A stretch of DNA of 63,905 nt, counting the filler, from Atractiella rhizophila (lineage: Eukaryota), in the NCBI GenBank assembly GCA_021432655.1. It is 3 parts of 3 records of this genome, joined end to end, with 100 filler letters (N's around TTAATTAATTAA, not from the genome) between each part and the next. Parts side by side here need not be neighbours in the genome. Positions count along the whole stretch, not along the records: positions 1 to 22,581 come from MU271813.1; 2 more parts are not named here. One strand, 5' to 3'. The position numbers were made by a program, and so were the translations under genes. Below, one piece after another: positions 1 through 11,977 of the stretch. The first letter of the stretch is position 1. Each line of letters starts with the position of its first letter. The notes under the pieces are model-generated. The model had not been told where the DNA came from, did not search any database, and saw only the letters and a list, made by a program, of their open reading frames with translations.

Positions 1-74
1 ATACATTGTACGAATTTGGTGGGAGATTCTCTGGATGTGGTGGGAGCGTCAAGAGACAGCTGCCCAGGTGGGAG

Positions 75-264
75 TGTTAGTTGTAGTGTGTTGTTTTGGT
101 CATCTGCCTCTTATGACTCATATGAGTCATCACTATGTAGTTTAGTTTTGCCTAGGAGTGTTGGTGCTCATTATTGACCACCAACTACTCCTAGGTATGT
201 CTCTCTATACTTCATCAATGCCTCATTATTGACCACCAACTACTCCTAGCCTTAGATCCTTACA
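75..264 (+). mobile_element. Copia 3' LTR (type A, 190 bp)
   Basis: TGTTAG...CTTACA termini, preceded by the purine tract AGGTGGGAG; near-identical to 29703-29892 (minus) and 31389-31576. Confidence 0.9.
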
Positions 265-716
265 CCAAGGCACTTCCAGTAGCTAGCGTGGACAAGTTTT
301 GACTTCTGATAGGTTTGCGCCCCTACCCAAGTGTCTGAGGCAGCTATGGGGTGCAATAAAAATCCTTTCCTCCTCTGTGGGGTTATAAGACGCCGCTTTA
401 AGCGGTGCAAGCACTTTCCCTCTTCTTTTCATTGCAAAACTAATATGCTTTCTGATATATCAAGGATACATTGTACGAATTCGGTAGGAGATTCTCTGGG
501 ACTGTCAAGAGACAGCTGCCCAGGTGGGAGTGTTAGTTGTAGTGTGTTGCGTTGGTCATCTGCCTCTTATGACTCTTATGAGGCATCACTATGTCTGTGG
601 TTTAGTTCTGCCGTGTTGGTGCTCATTATTAACCACCAACTACTCCTGGGTATATCTCTCTATACTTCTCTAATGTCTCGTGCTTGACCATCAACTCCTA
701 GCTTTAGATCCTTACA
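265..716 (+). mobile_element. 3' end of a second copia copy: RNase H tail, 3' UTR, PPT and LTR type A (531-716)
   Basis: 265-338 matches the RNase H end at ~31110-31183 (KALPVASVDKF...GLRPYPSV*); GGTGGGAG then TGTTAG...CTTACA. Confidence 0.85.
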
Positions 717-957
717 GTTGTCTGTGCAAAGCATTGTTGGACCATTTAGAGGGAAACCAATATCTTGCAGAAGCTTTCTTCTTAGCCAAACCACATCTCG
801 CCCAGCAGATACCTCTAAAATGTATTCTGCCTCTATTATTGAGAGTGCCACAAGAGACTGTAACCTTGCTGCTCCAATTAACTGCTCTTTGCTTAAGAGG
901 TATATATCCTCTAGTGGACCAGCCTGTATCCTTTGCATCCTGCAAAGTTGGCATCAC
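717..957 (-). pseudogene. Degenerate copia RNase H fragment
   Basis: KDTGWSTRGY and QSLVALSIIEAEY...VVWLR...PTMLCTDN motifs split over two frames. Confidence 0.8.
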
Positions 958-1144
958 AGTGCGAAAGGCTGAGAGATCTCAAAGTTTGTAGCAGAATATT
1001 CAATGCAAATGTCTTGAGCGCAAGAACATGATGAGTTAAATGTGCTCAACTTTTACAGGCATGTCATAGATCACAAAGACATATCATTTCAGATTTTACA
1101 TCAGTATGCTAACGATGGTCACTATCATATCAATTTATTTCTGA

Positions 1145-3583
1145 TCATTGATGAGACACCTTTATCCTTTTACTTTTCTTCGTCTCCAAGTGGGTCATAA
1201 TTGCGATTCCTTTTGTTTGCTTTGCCTCTTCCACCAAACAAGCCCAACAGCATTGTCGATGCTGTATGACACATCCATCTGGAGCATAGCTAAGGGTGAT
1301 ATTCCATACCAATGGACTGCCTGCAACAAGGGCAACATTGACAGGGTCACTCTCTACAATTGAAGTAGCCGTTGAAGACTCCACAGTACTAATAGCGGTG
1401 TTTTTTTGCACAGATCCAGTTGCAGCATTGTTTGTCCTGTCCAGTAAGTTCATCCACCTTGTCCAGCTCTGGACAATTTCATCAAATGTCCAAGAGATGA
1501 TCCTCTTTGGCTCCCGTCTTGTACTATTCTCATGTGCACAAGGTGGCACTTTGCGGGCCATCATTTGTCCAAGATAAACAGCGGCTGGATCAAATCCTCG
1601 CATGGAGTTTGATGTGCAAACAACCACCATGAGTCGGTAGAATTCCTTCACATTGGATAGAATCAAGCTGACAACAGTTGGCTCCTCCACAACATGATAC
1701 TCAGGAGGATTAGTGAGGAGCTCGGGGATAGGAAGTTGATCAAATGTAACATGTGATGCTCTCTGTGATTGAACAATAGCTGTGTCAGAAGAGACTCCGG
1801 AGATCACACCGTTGACCGTACTAACTGCCCAAGAACCCTCAAGCGAGAAAAGCTCATCTAGCTGGAACCAGACTGGCACAATAGTCCTTGGACCAGCAGT
1901 CCAAAAAAGTGTCTCACTTCCTGCTATTGGTAGATTCTTCTCGTCCTCTGACCCCAAGTCCCACCGCAATCCTGTTACAGCTGTGCACACCATGCGGAAC
2001 CAGATATTCCATGTAATCTTCCCAAGGCTTGCAATCTCCCACAACAAGTGTACTGTTGCATCGAAAAGACTGTCTCCCGACAGATCATAGAGTGGCGAAA
2101 CATCCTCTGCGCCAGCTGCTTCTGCCATTGCATGCCCCACAAACAATAGCACCTCAGTAAGCATCACCAATTGCAGGCATCCTTTCTCCTGGGAGTATTC
2201 CTCATGATCCACACAACCACAGGTGCAGCGATCTCGAACTTGGACCCTGGCACTTTGAAGCTCCGGATACAGTTCAAGTACACGATCAAATGACGCCTCC
2301 TGATCCAAAGATGAACTTTGCGAGGACTCCTCGACCGACTTAGGGTCCGCTGAATCATTATCACCGCGTTCCAGGTCTTCATTGTAGAGAGCATTGTACA
2401 ATGGACGAAGAGGGGGATTTGGAGTAGTCCGCAAGGCTAACTGGAGCAATGTCGGAGTTTTGCCGATCCATCTGTTGAATGACATGGACCCCTTTGTGCC
2501 TGCAGGCACGACAAAACGTGCCAGGGGCACTTCAGATCTCAGGATCACCTGGAGATGCACGATAGAACGAACAATATCCTGCGCGGCAATTTTTGCGACT
2601 CTCTGATCGTCTGACGTAAGGTATAGGAATTTCGTTCTCCTGAAATTTGCAAAATCATAGAGTTTCCTACGAGACGAACCAGTCTGATGACCGACGCCTG
2701 GGTCCGTTAAACCCTCGTAGATTGAGGTTCCAGATTGCAAAGACGTCGAATGTGCAATGCTAATTGAGACTGACGATATATGTTCATCGTCATGGCAGTC
2801 CCTGTTCTCCTCACAGGCCTCCATAATCATAAACCTGAGTCTAGGTGACCTGTTTGAAGAGCGACCAGTGACACCAAGGTTACCCGAAGAAAAAATGATG
2901 CAGCTTATATAGCTGACTTCAATCGTACCATCCCAGTGGTATAAAATCCACATAAGCAAGTCGATCGGGCAGTAATTGGTGCAGACGACCAGGTCGTCCA
3001 AATCGTGCTGTTGAATCGCAGAGATTGCCAAAGCCAAGTAATCGGCTGCCATATAGTGTTTTGCAAGTTGGGCTAGCTCCTCTGGAGGTTGTGGGAAGCT
3101 ACGCAGATGAAGTGCAATGCTTTCCACCATCTTGGTAAGAACTGGGTGGATGCGTGTTTCAAAGACTGTCCGCATCCTTTGGTCCACTTTGGTGAGAATG
3201 ATTTGCGTGAGCAGATGGACTACATAGTCAAGACCATGGTGGCTCATAAGGACCGCTTCAGTCATTGCCATCCATTTCACATGTACGTTGGAAAAGACTG
3301 TCCTCCCCAGCGAGCGGGAGACGACAAGCTTGAGTCCGAACTTTTGACTGACAGGCATGATTTGTTCTTCTAGCAGTTCCAAGCCAGTTCTGTTTGGAAG
3401 TGCAAAATCCTTAGCCAGCTCCATGGTGGTGCTGAGACTGTCCCGATCAACACCTTCTCGCGCCAGCCATTCGTAGATATCCACAGACCAGTTGATGATC
3501 GATGTCGTCAGAGGCCCCGCCAAAAGATCGATTGCCCTGGCCGATAGATCCAATCCCCTCGTGGCAACAACGGTGCTCGCCAT
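1145..3583 (-). CDS. Intronless 812-aa hypothetical protein
   Basis: Uninterrupted ORF from the ATG at 3583 (MASTVVATRG); Cys motifs CTCGC and CCWAC; no domain recognised. Confidence 0.75.
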   Translation of the reverse strand: MASTVVATRGLDLSARAIDLLAGPLTTSIINWSVDIYEWLAREGVDRDSLSTTMELAKDFALPNRTGLELLEEQIMPVSQKFGLKLVVSRSLGRTVFSNVHVKWMAMTEAVLMSHHGLDYVVHLLTQIILTKVDQRMRTVFETRIHPVLTKMVESIALHLRSFPQPPEELAQLAKHYMAADYLALAISAIQQHDLDDLVVCTNYCPIDLLMWILYHWDGTIEVSYISCIIFSSGNLGVTGRSSNRSPRLRFMIMEACEENRDCHDDEHISSVSISIAHSTSLQSGTSIYEGLTDPGVGHQTGSSRRKLYDFANFRRTKFLYLTSDDQRVAKIAAQDIVRSIVHLQVILRSEVPLARFVVPAGTKGSMSFNRWIGKTPTLLQLALRTTPNPPLRPLYNALYNEDLERGDNDSADPKSVEESSQSSSLDQEASFDRVLELYPELQSARVQVRDRCTCGCVDHEEYSQEKGCLQLVMLTEVLLFVGHAMAEAAGAEDVSPLYDLSGDSLFDATVHLLWEIASLGKITWNIWFRMVCTAVTGLRWDLGSEDEKNLPIAGSETLFWTAGPRTIVPVWFQLDELFSLEGSWAVSTVNGVISGVSSDTAIVQSQRASHVTFDQLPIPELLTNPPEYHVVEEPTVVSLILSNVKEFYRLMVVVCTSNSMRGFDPAAVYLGQMMARKVPPCAHENSTRREPKRIISWTFDEIVQSWTRWMNLLDRTNNAATGSVQKNTAISTVESSTATSIVESDPVNVALVAGSPLVWNITLSYAPDGCVIQHRQCCWACLVEEAKQTKGIAIMTHLETKKSKRIKVSHQ

Positions 3584-6500
3584 AGTATTGTAGACAAGTA
3601 GGTAAGAGTACAGGGTCGAGTTGCGAGGAGACGAGGAAACCGAGGATGTGCGGGTGGAGGTTGTGATACAAAATGAGCCCCCAAGTAATGGTGAGGGTGA
3701 ATGGGATCTAGTAGAATCCTCAGATTCATTTCTGTCAGTTACACAGATGAATCCAATCAAGTGTCAGGGATACCCTGGACAAAACGCTAGGCTTTAGGAG
3801 CACAGACGTCAAGCTCTTCATTTAACGAAGACATATTATCAATCCCGTAGTTCCCCCCCGCAAACATGCCATCCTCCATGCTCTGAAGTGCTGGATAAAA
3901 ATAAACCTATCTCAAACCTGTGATGAGAGAATAACACCAACGAGCGCTGCATGCATCATCCTCAATCACAAGCTCTGAGGCAGGTGAAAGTCAAATGCCC
4001 CACCTAGTTAGTCGCAAATCCTGAAAAGAGTGGGACAGAATGGTAAGGTTTTCCTACAAACAGATTCAGAGGTGATCACAAACTCGAGTCCCTTCTGTCT
4101 CTTTCACTTTCGTACTTTTCGACAGGAAAAGACTTAAGTCATGTTCCTGACAGTAACTGCTCTGATTCCAATGAAGTCTTGATAGAGTTACTGTGCTTTA
4201 ATGATTGATTTATTGCACAGATCAATATTAACCCTATACTTCTCGAGACATCAATGGACCGCACAGTACGCGCACGGACGGAAGAGAGTACTTGATAACT
4301 CATCCACGTCAATATTTGAAAGCACCATATGCTTGTCCTCAAGCGTGAAGGGCTGAAGACTCTTCGCGAGAGGCTTGGATTGACTGTTATAAACTCTGAT
4401 TCCCCTGCTGCCCGTACCCTCGCTCTACGATCATAATCCAAGAGTACTTATAAAGTCAAACTTCACTCCCTTCCCTCTTTTGTTTCTACAATATCAGAGA
4501 AGAGGTTTCCTACGATAAAGCCTGTCCGACAAACACGCATTTATTTCCCTTCTCCTGTCGCTTCACGGTCGCGATTGAGGTACTCACTGCCGTGCGACAA
4601 GTAAAACTCGATCCTTCCAAATTGACCCTTTTTACTGCCAAGATATCAGATCTAACAGAGATGGGGTTGTCCTGATGATAAACTGATAAACCTTGTGCTT
4701 TCCTGATATCCGACTACTCGTGAACAAGGACGATGGTCGTTGTCCAAGCAGACACGTACATGTGGTCGGCGATGTCGGAAGGCTCAAAACCCGTCTGAGC
4801 GAGAGGCCTTTGGCCACCTTCGCAAACCTCTGGGGGCGAATAATTTGCGGTATAACCCTGCTACAACCGTTCGGTACTTCCACGGTTTAACCGAGAGCAG
4901 GACCTCGGAATATCTCACAAAATCGAAGTGTCCCAATCAATTCATAAGGTTTCAGGTGCTCAGAAGGCAACAAAAAGGTTGGATTCCTCTTGGTTCCTTG
5001 GTTCCTAGCCACTTACCAAAACAACCACCACATCCACATCCCTCCCCTTTCGTCCTCCCTGCATGCTTGCATTCCTCCCTAAAATCGAAATCGGCGCAGA
5101 ACACACGTGTATGGCGGATAAGAAGGTAAATGCCACTCAGTACACAGAAGGAAGGGGATGGTGACGTGAGCCATCCCGTAACAGCGGCGGCCCGGTCGAT
5201 CAAAACTTTGCCAAGGATGTTGAGGGTGAAACTGCATTTCGTGTGATTTAGCAATAGTGCCAGCTTTACTTTATGATCATACTGCTCCGTCTCTTCACAA
5301 AATCACTTGACTGTTTTTCGCTCTGCCTCCAACTCAACACTCTGTACACAATAGTAGCGCCAGCGATTTTCTCCAGGCACATGTGTGCCTTGCAGACTAT
5401 TCTCATTCTATAAGACTGTGAAGAAAGCAAACATAAAACAAAAACCTGCGTGATCCCAGAGCATTTGACACTTTCTGGATGACAGACATGATGTGCTTGA
5501 TGATTGTATGATCTGTTCCCATCTATCAGATGGAAGGTAGGGATCTGGAGGTTCCAAGTTCAATGAAGTTTCAACTGCTTCGTCTATCTAAGAGATGCAG
5601 GTTGGAAGTCTGGCAATTTGTCGGAGCTGGAGCTGGGAAAGTCTTCGATATCACCAGCATGTCCTGCTTCGCTCGGCGGACCTTGGGAGATACGCTGTCT
5701 GCTATCAGTTCAAGGAATGAGGAAGGTATGTTGATTGTCATTGAACGAAAGCGACTGGGAGGTTGACGGAGGCTGCAACATAGGTGTAAGGAGAGAGTGC
5801 AACTCAGTAATGACGGGAAAATCTTTTTCCTTTCCATCCACCAGATATAGGCATGGGGATCCCTTCAGAATTATCAGAGTCAGGGATTGCATGTCCGACT
5901 AGGACCCTTCAACACCTGCTACCGCTTTGCGAGACTCGCACTCTTCTGTGCAATTCAAGCATTTCAGCTAGCGAGAGGCATCCCATCCTGTTTAAGCTTG
6001 AAGTCCTCCAGCACATGAACAATCACAATTTTCTTGCTCTTAGTGTGTCGTGCACAAGGAGATTCCTTTGTCAATCAAAGGTTAGGGACACTCCTTCAGA
6101 ACAGATTTAAGAGGCATTTTCGAAGGTGAAAGGATGGAGAAGGGAAGGGGAAAGAGCTTGAGAAGGCTTGAAGTACAAATGAAGAATGGAATAACCATAT
6201 GACCACAAATCGTGGCCGACATGATTCCAGAAGTCAATCACAAATTTTTCGTGCATATTTCGCAAAACACAAGCAAACCCTGAAGCCAATCGCAATGTCG
6301 ACGTGAAACTCACTTGCAGAACGGCGGCAAGGCAGAAGTTGCAAACATATCTGGAGGACTTGATTGGAGGGAGAAAATCATATCATGAAGTGTTCACAGG
6401 TAAACAACATAGCGGAAAGTGATTCCTTTCACCTATTCTGACTTAAAACTACAATGGAAAATTTGTATGTCATTTGCACACAAATTTTTCCACTCAACCA

Positions 6501-6997
6501 GTGTCCAAATGACTGAAAGAGTGGACGAACCGTCTCCTACCAGCTCACAAACACTGAAAGTACTCATATGCCCCATCTAAGTACTCGCGATTCCGAGCAC
6601 AAGGTCTGGATTCATCATTTGGTCAGAAGCTGAAACGGTGGGGTTTCGGAATGGGGGTTTCGGCGTGAGGCATCATTTGGGTGGTCGTACTAGAGCTGAG
6701 TGATGTTATAAGTATCTTCAGCATGAAAACGAGACGAGGGGAGCGTGACTGACCTGATTTCGGCGTGTGTGAGGCGAGAGGGTGGACTTACTCTATGAGG
6801 GGACTAGAGAGCGGCAATCATCGTCCAGTTCGTCGTCGTCGATTGTTAAAGACCTCCAGACCAAGGCATCACCTTGGTTGTACTAGCTATGCGATGAGGT
6901 TATCGGGGTTTGGGTTGGTGCTCAGTAGGGTCAGGGTCGCTGAACAAAGCAGGACGAATAAGAATTTACTATTACTGTTTCCTTGCCTCATCCCAAA

Positions 6998-7570
6998 ATG
7001 GCCTTTTCAGCGCTTTTTGCGACATCTCGAGTTGCTGTAAGTTTATCCAATGATACGACTCCTGCGCTGAGCTTTCTCTCCTTGGCCACAGTCTTCAAGA
7101 GTTGCATTATCACTCGGTAGCTCCAGCCGAGGCTTCAGTTCTTGTTCCGTACGCGGAAAGGGTATAGTTCATTTAAATTCGATTTCAAAACTAGCTGACC
7201 TGCGGGGTGGTGGAGTAGACTTTGTCCAAGAATTGTATCTTAAAGAGCTCAAGGCCTACAAACCCGCCGTGGTCGCTAAAGATGCCCATGTTGGCCAAGT
7301 GAAGCAACTCCACATTCCATCTGCTCCTCCTAGTGTGTTCTTTTCCTCTCTCTGGGTACTAGCGCTGAACTGAAAGTAGAACCGGAAATCCCAACTTCTG
7401 CGTCCCTGTCATCCGCATTGGCGGAATACGAGAAGGATGTTCCTACTGCGAGCCTCAGTGAAGGAGAAAGCCAGGGAACCTATAAGAGCGACGCGGAAAG
7501 CTTTTTGGAGGAAATTGCGGCTCAAGACGGAGAGAAAGAATACGCGGCTGAGAAGGCGTCTCATCACTAA
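6998..7570 (+). CDS. ATP14: Mitochondrial ATP synthase subunit h (multi-exon)
   Basis: Ser/Arg-rich presequence, then DFVQELYLKELKAYKPAVVAKDAHVGQVK; GT-AG introns; missing from the ORF track. Confidence 0.8.
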
Positions 7571-7726
7571 GATGGTGACTTACAGACACTCAATCGTTAA
7601 TTAATTCTTTTGGACATTGTCTTCTCTGCGTTGGCAATGGAGTCCAATCGTACCAGTTATTCTCATTGCAATAGAAACTCGCGCCAAGCTAGCCCAACTT
7701 GGTAGAGAAGTTTCGTCAATAAATCA

Positions 7727-10247
7727 TCATTGCGCAAGGCTACCTAAGCTCCGCAAGAACGTTGGGGCGTCGACAACTTCCGTGCTACCATATATAATCT
7801 TTCTTCCACCTACAATAGCGGAAGTCCCACTACTTCGCTCTGCAAGCTCCAACAGATTCTCATACTCAACATAACCACCTCCACCGACCATGAATACGAT
7901 AGCGTTTGTGTATCCTGTCCTTTTCCCTCCACCGACCATTCCAGAACCGCCTCGGCCCCTACCTCCAAGCCTGGGATCAAATGAAAGATAGTCATCTGTC
8001 TCGCGGAGTGCTTGTTCACGTGCGCTTGAGGGATCCATGATGGCTTCCACGATACGCGTGACGATAAGATCTTTGCGAGCTGGAAGAAAGTTCTTTACAC
8101 CCTGCAAAAGATCGAAACCCCCAACCTGCAGGCCAGAATCCTTCAGTCGCTCGCCGAGCCGTGACGACAGCGAAGAGAATCCTCGGAACAGGTCATTTGT
8201 GGGATTCGAAGGAGTCGAAGTAGGTTGAGTGGTGGCAGTGGTCAAAGATGTCATTTTCGAGATCTCTCTTAGCCTATTACTTTGTCAGTCAGGGGAAAAA
8301 CATGGCAATGTAGGTCACACCGTTTAATGTATTCCCAAGGCCGTAGATCCACGCCCAAATCTTTTAATACAGTCTCAAACTCCATCAGTTCATCCTTAGA
8401 TAAATCCCCCGCAGTAGGGACTGTCAGGTACCAGTACGCTAAAAGGCGAAGTTTATCTTCTCCATTCTCCTTCGTCGGGTCTTTCAGAGTCTCCAGGATT
8501 TGCGATTTCGTCTATCAGATCAACCAGATCATAAATCTAGACAGTTCATGAAGGACGCCATGCGGACCTGTTTGGTAATGCTTTCCTCCATCTGAAATAA
8601 TTCATCAAGGCCTCGACTCTTGATACCTTGCAGGAGAGCGGTTGCAATATTCATGTGCGTGTCCAAGACGTGTTTGCGGGCCGTCAGTTCCGGGAGAGCA
8701 GTGATAGCTGCCCTAAGATGTGAGGCGTTGGAGGACATGTCTCTATGCCGATGTGAGATTCCACAACGACTGTGCATAGGACTTTACATTTGTGAAACGT
8801 CATTAAGGTCGCCAATTCCTGTCGAACGTGTCACTTCCGCAGCATCAGCCTTGTATCTAGCAAACCGCAACATTTAGCACTTTCAATAGACTAAGAAAAG
8901 CCTACCTGGAAAGTTCAGCATCGATCTCTTCTGCAACTTGTGGGAAGCTTTTTGCAAAATTCTTCTTCCAAAAGAAATCCTTGTTGTCCAAATCGTAGCT
9001 CTTCTTGGTTCCGGCTTCTTGGATGGTGACACGGTTCAGATGAAGGGTAACCACGTCGCTTACAAGCGCTTGGTATGTCCAAGAATGGGCGAACATCGTT
9101 GACAGGTCGAGGTTGCGATCGAGAAGGATAAGAACAGGTCTATCAAAAGCCGAGGAAGTGGAAGTCGCAGAAGTCCGCGAAGAAGTGGCCAAATACTCCC
9201 GTAGTTTGAGGTCGAGTTTTCGAGCCACCATTTCGGCAGCATTGCCTCGCGGAGAGCGAATAATCGGAATCTCTCCTATGATTTACGCGCATACAATCAG
9301 TCACTTGAACACATAATACCAAGTTTCGTAACAGGGAGGCACAATATAAAGCGTATACTTGCGGAACAGAGCCACGACGACAAGAAGAAATCTCAAGTCA
9401 CCACCTGCAGGTAGGATGTTATCTCAAGTCATATAACATTGAATAGTAGATGACGAAGAGACACCATTGTTGACAATATTCAGCACCGGAAGTAACTTTG
9501 AAACATGCAGACTTCCTTCGCAACACGTTGAAAGAACAGATGACGCACCGAGACACCTCACAACGCCTTCCAATCCGCCGGCGACCTTCTCTGCCAACGC
9601 CTCCAGTTCCTCCTCGCCAGCTTTCGTATCATTCAGCTTGGCATATGTATCTGACATCTCCAGGCTAATCAGACTTGTGCTGAGAGTCAGAAAGTCGAGA
9701 TTGTGATCGTGCACCTGTTGCAATATCGTTGAGCAAATAAAAATCGGAATGGTACGTGGAGATTCACAGAGACAATGGAGTCGCTCATTCCGCTCCCGGA
9801 AACGAGGGAGGCGAGTTCTTCCAGTAGCGGGCGAGGGAGAGGCGAGAGGAAATTAAGATAGTACGCTTCGTAAGTGCCTGCGTTTATGTCCTGAGCAATA
9901 CGACTGATATTTTCACGGGTTGGCAGGACCAAATAAACCGCAGGAACATCGGGCAAGCTAAGGCGCTGAGCATGAAGCTGCCTGTCGTCGAAGTGAGCAC
10001 TTCTTTGGTCAATATTAGTGATAACAGACATGTGCAGTGTTACTCCGATGTCGCGCAAATCTTGTACCCTCAACGCCACGCTTAGAATGTCTTGGGCTCT
10101 CCCATCGAGAATGAGGACCTTCCAGGTCGGCGGTTGAAAGGTGCCTATGCCATTCTGGGCTGAGCCGGGAGGTGAGGTGGTTGGCGGAGGGTTGTGCAGG
10201 TTGAGAAGCGTCAGCAGAGCATTAGTGTGGGATTGCTGCAGTGACAT
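7727..10247 (-). CDS. SLY1: Sec1/Munc18 family protein Sly1
   Basis: WKVLILD...[69 protein letters not shown]. Confidence 0.93.
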
Positions 10248-10393
10248 TGGATAGGGAAATAGCCAAAGACAAGAGCTGGTGCTGCCTGCCTGTAAGCTTG
10301 GTTGCTTGTGTCTCGTTTAAGCTTTGATCAGCTTTGGTCCTGAGTCCTGACAGAAAAAATAATCAATCGTGTAAAGCCAACCAGTTATTGAAG

Positions 10394-11813
10394 ATGGCCA
10401 CTTTAGCAGCTCAGCTTGCGGCTCAACAAGTCGCCTATCAGTCGTCTCAAACCTCGAAACCCTCGGCGAAGCCAGTTTTCGCGGACAAAAAGACCATTGT
10501 GGCTTTGGAGCTGGATGGGGAAGCAAAGATTGAGTCAGTGAGAGTGGATGGGCTGGTTCGTGATTTCTTTTCTAGTAGAGTAGGATTGGTACGATGATTG
10601 TGATTGTGGTAAACCCCACAGGCAGCGATGAAAATTATCAAGCATGCCAAAGATTCAACTAATTCTTTGGTTGTTGGACAATTGCTCGGAATCGACCGAA
10701 AAGGAGTTGTTGAAGTCAGCGATAGTTTTGCATTACCTTCTGGCGCTCTTGCTTCCGCTGTGGATAGCGAGAAAGAGCTTCACGGGCCGAAAATTGGTGT
10801 GTCAACAAGTCCAACGAGAATAGGTTTTGTTGACTATGAAGAGTAGCTGTCCGATACACGTCTTCAATCATGTCTCGCCTGGTAGACCTTAATAGTGATG
10901 CCTGCATTGTTGGGTTTTATCTCGCCACGTCCTACGGACAACACCTTTCGACTCCGGGTTTCATTGATGCACTGTTGGCAGCTCAGCAAGGCTATCCCAT
11001 AGGAGGAAAAGGGCCAACAACCAAGAGTGTGAAGTTTGGTGCCCCAGTCGCTGCCGCAACGCCCAACTCCCCACAATGGGGCAAGCCAGGGGCCGCGGTT
11101 GCTTTGGTTTATGGTTTGTCCTTTCCACTTGCTATATTCATGTACTAACAAGTGGTCGAAGATGTGGCAGCTTCATCACAGGGAAGCATCTCACTGAAGG
11201 CTTTTCGCCTTAGCTCTTCCTTCTTAGAAGCCCACAAAACGAACACGTTTGATCTTCAGAGGTTTGTCATCGCCTTTTCCTTTGCGGACGACTGCTAATT
11301 ACAAACAGCTTCGCCGATCACCGTTTAACTTCTTCGAACATCCTCGAAGAACTTCCGGTCGTCGTCCAATCCACCTCACTCCTCTCCGCTTTTCTGAGCA
11401 CACTGCCTGCGAACCCATCCGACGAATATGCTTCCTTTTCCCTACCAACATCGACTTCGCAATACTCTGTCCCTCCCTCCCTGACGCACACCGCTTCCTC
11501 CCTCATCCAGTCTCTCGAATCCCATTCATCCGCGCAATCTACACTTTCCTTTCAACTTCGTCAGCTTGCGCGCGAACGTACCCGCTTAGAGCAAGCTGGC
11601 GGGGCGGCGTTAGCCAAGCGGAAGGCTGAGAATGAAGAAAGGAAAAAGAATGGATTAGCTCCTCTCCCTCCCAGTACAATTGAAGAGATTGCACTCAACA
11701 ATCTCGTTGAGCCAAGTAGACTGGAGGTGGAGTGTGCTCTTGCTGGCGTGAGAGGCGGCGCAGAAGCATTGTCGGAGGGGGTCAAGTCAGCTGTATTGCG
11801 GATGGTTGTGTAG
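10394..11813 (+). CDS. EIF3H: Translation initiation factor eIF3 subunit h (MPN domain)
   Basis: VRVDGL..MKIIKHA..VVGQLLGID..VEVSDSFALP, VGFY, LKAFRLS; C-terminal RKAENEERKKNGLAPLP and EPSRLE. Confidence 0.85.
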
Positions 11814-11977
11814 TTCCTGTGAAATGTCCCATGCTTTCGGTTGACCTGTGCTGCCATTGAAACTGTATAAATCCTCTCTGTCTCCTGTGAGAGTTTGCGG
11901 CACCGTTACAATTGCAAAAGTTTCTTCCAGTAGATACAAGTCTTTTTCTTCTTCGTTGTATGTATAGCCCTAAAATG

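Noticed and set aside
166..249. CRISPR-like repeat-spacer pattern (cattattgaccaccaactactcctag) here and at 33246-33380
   Set aside because: Eukaryotic LTR sub-repeats with identical spacers and no cas genes
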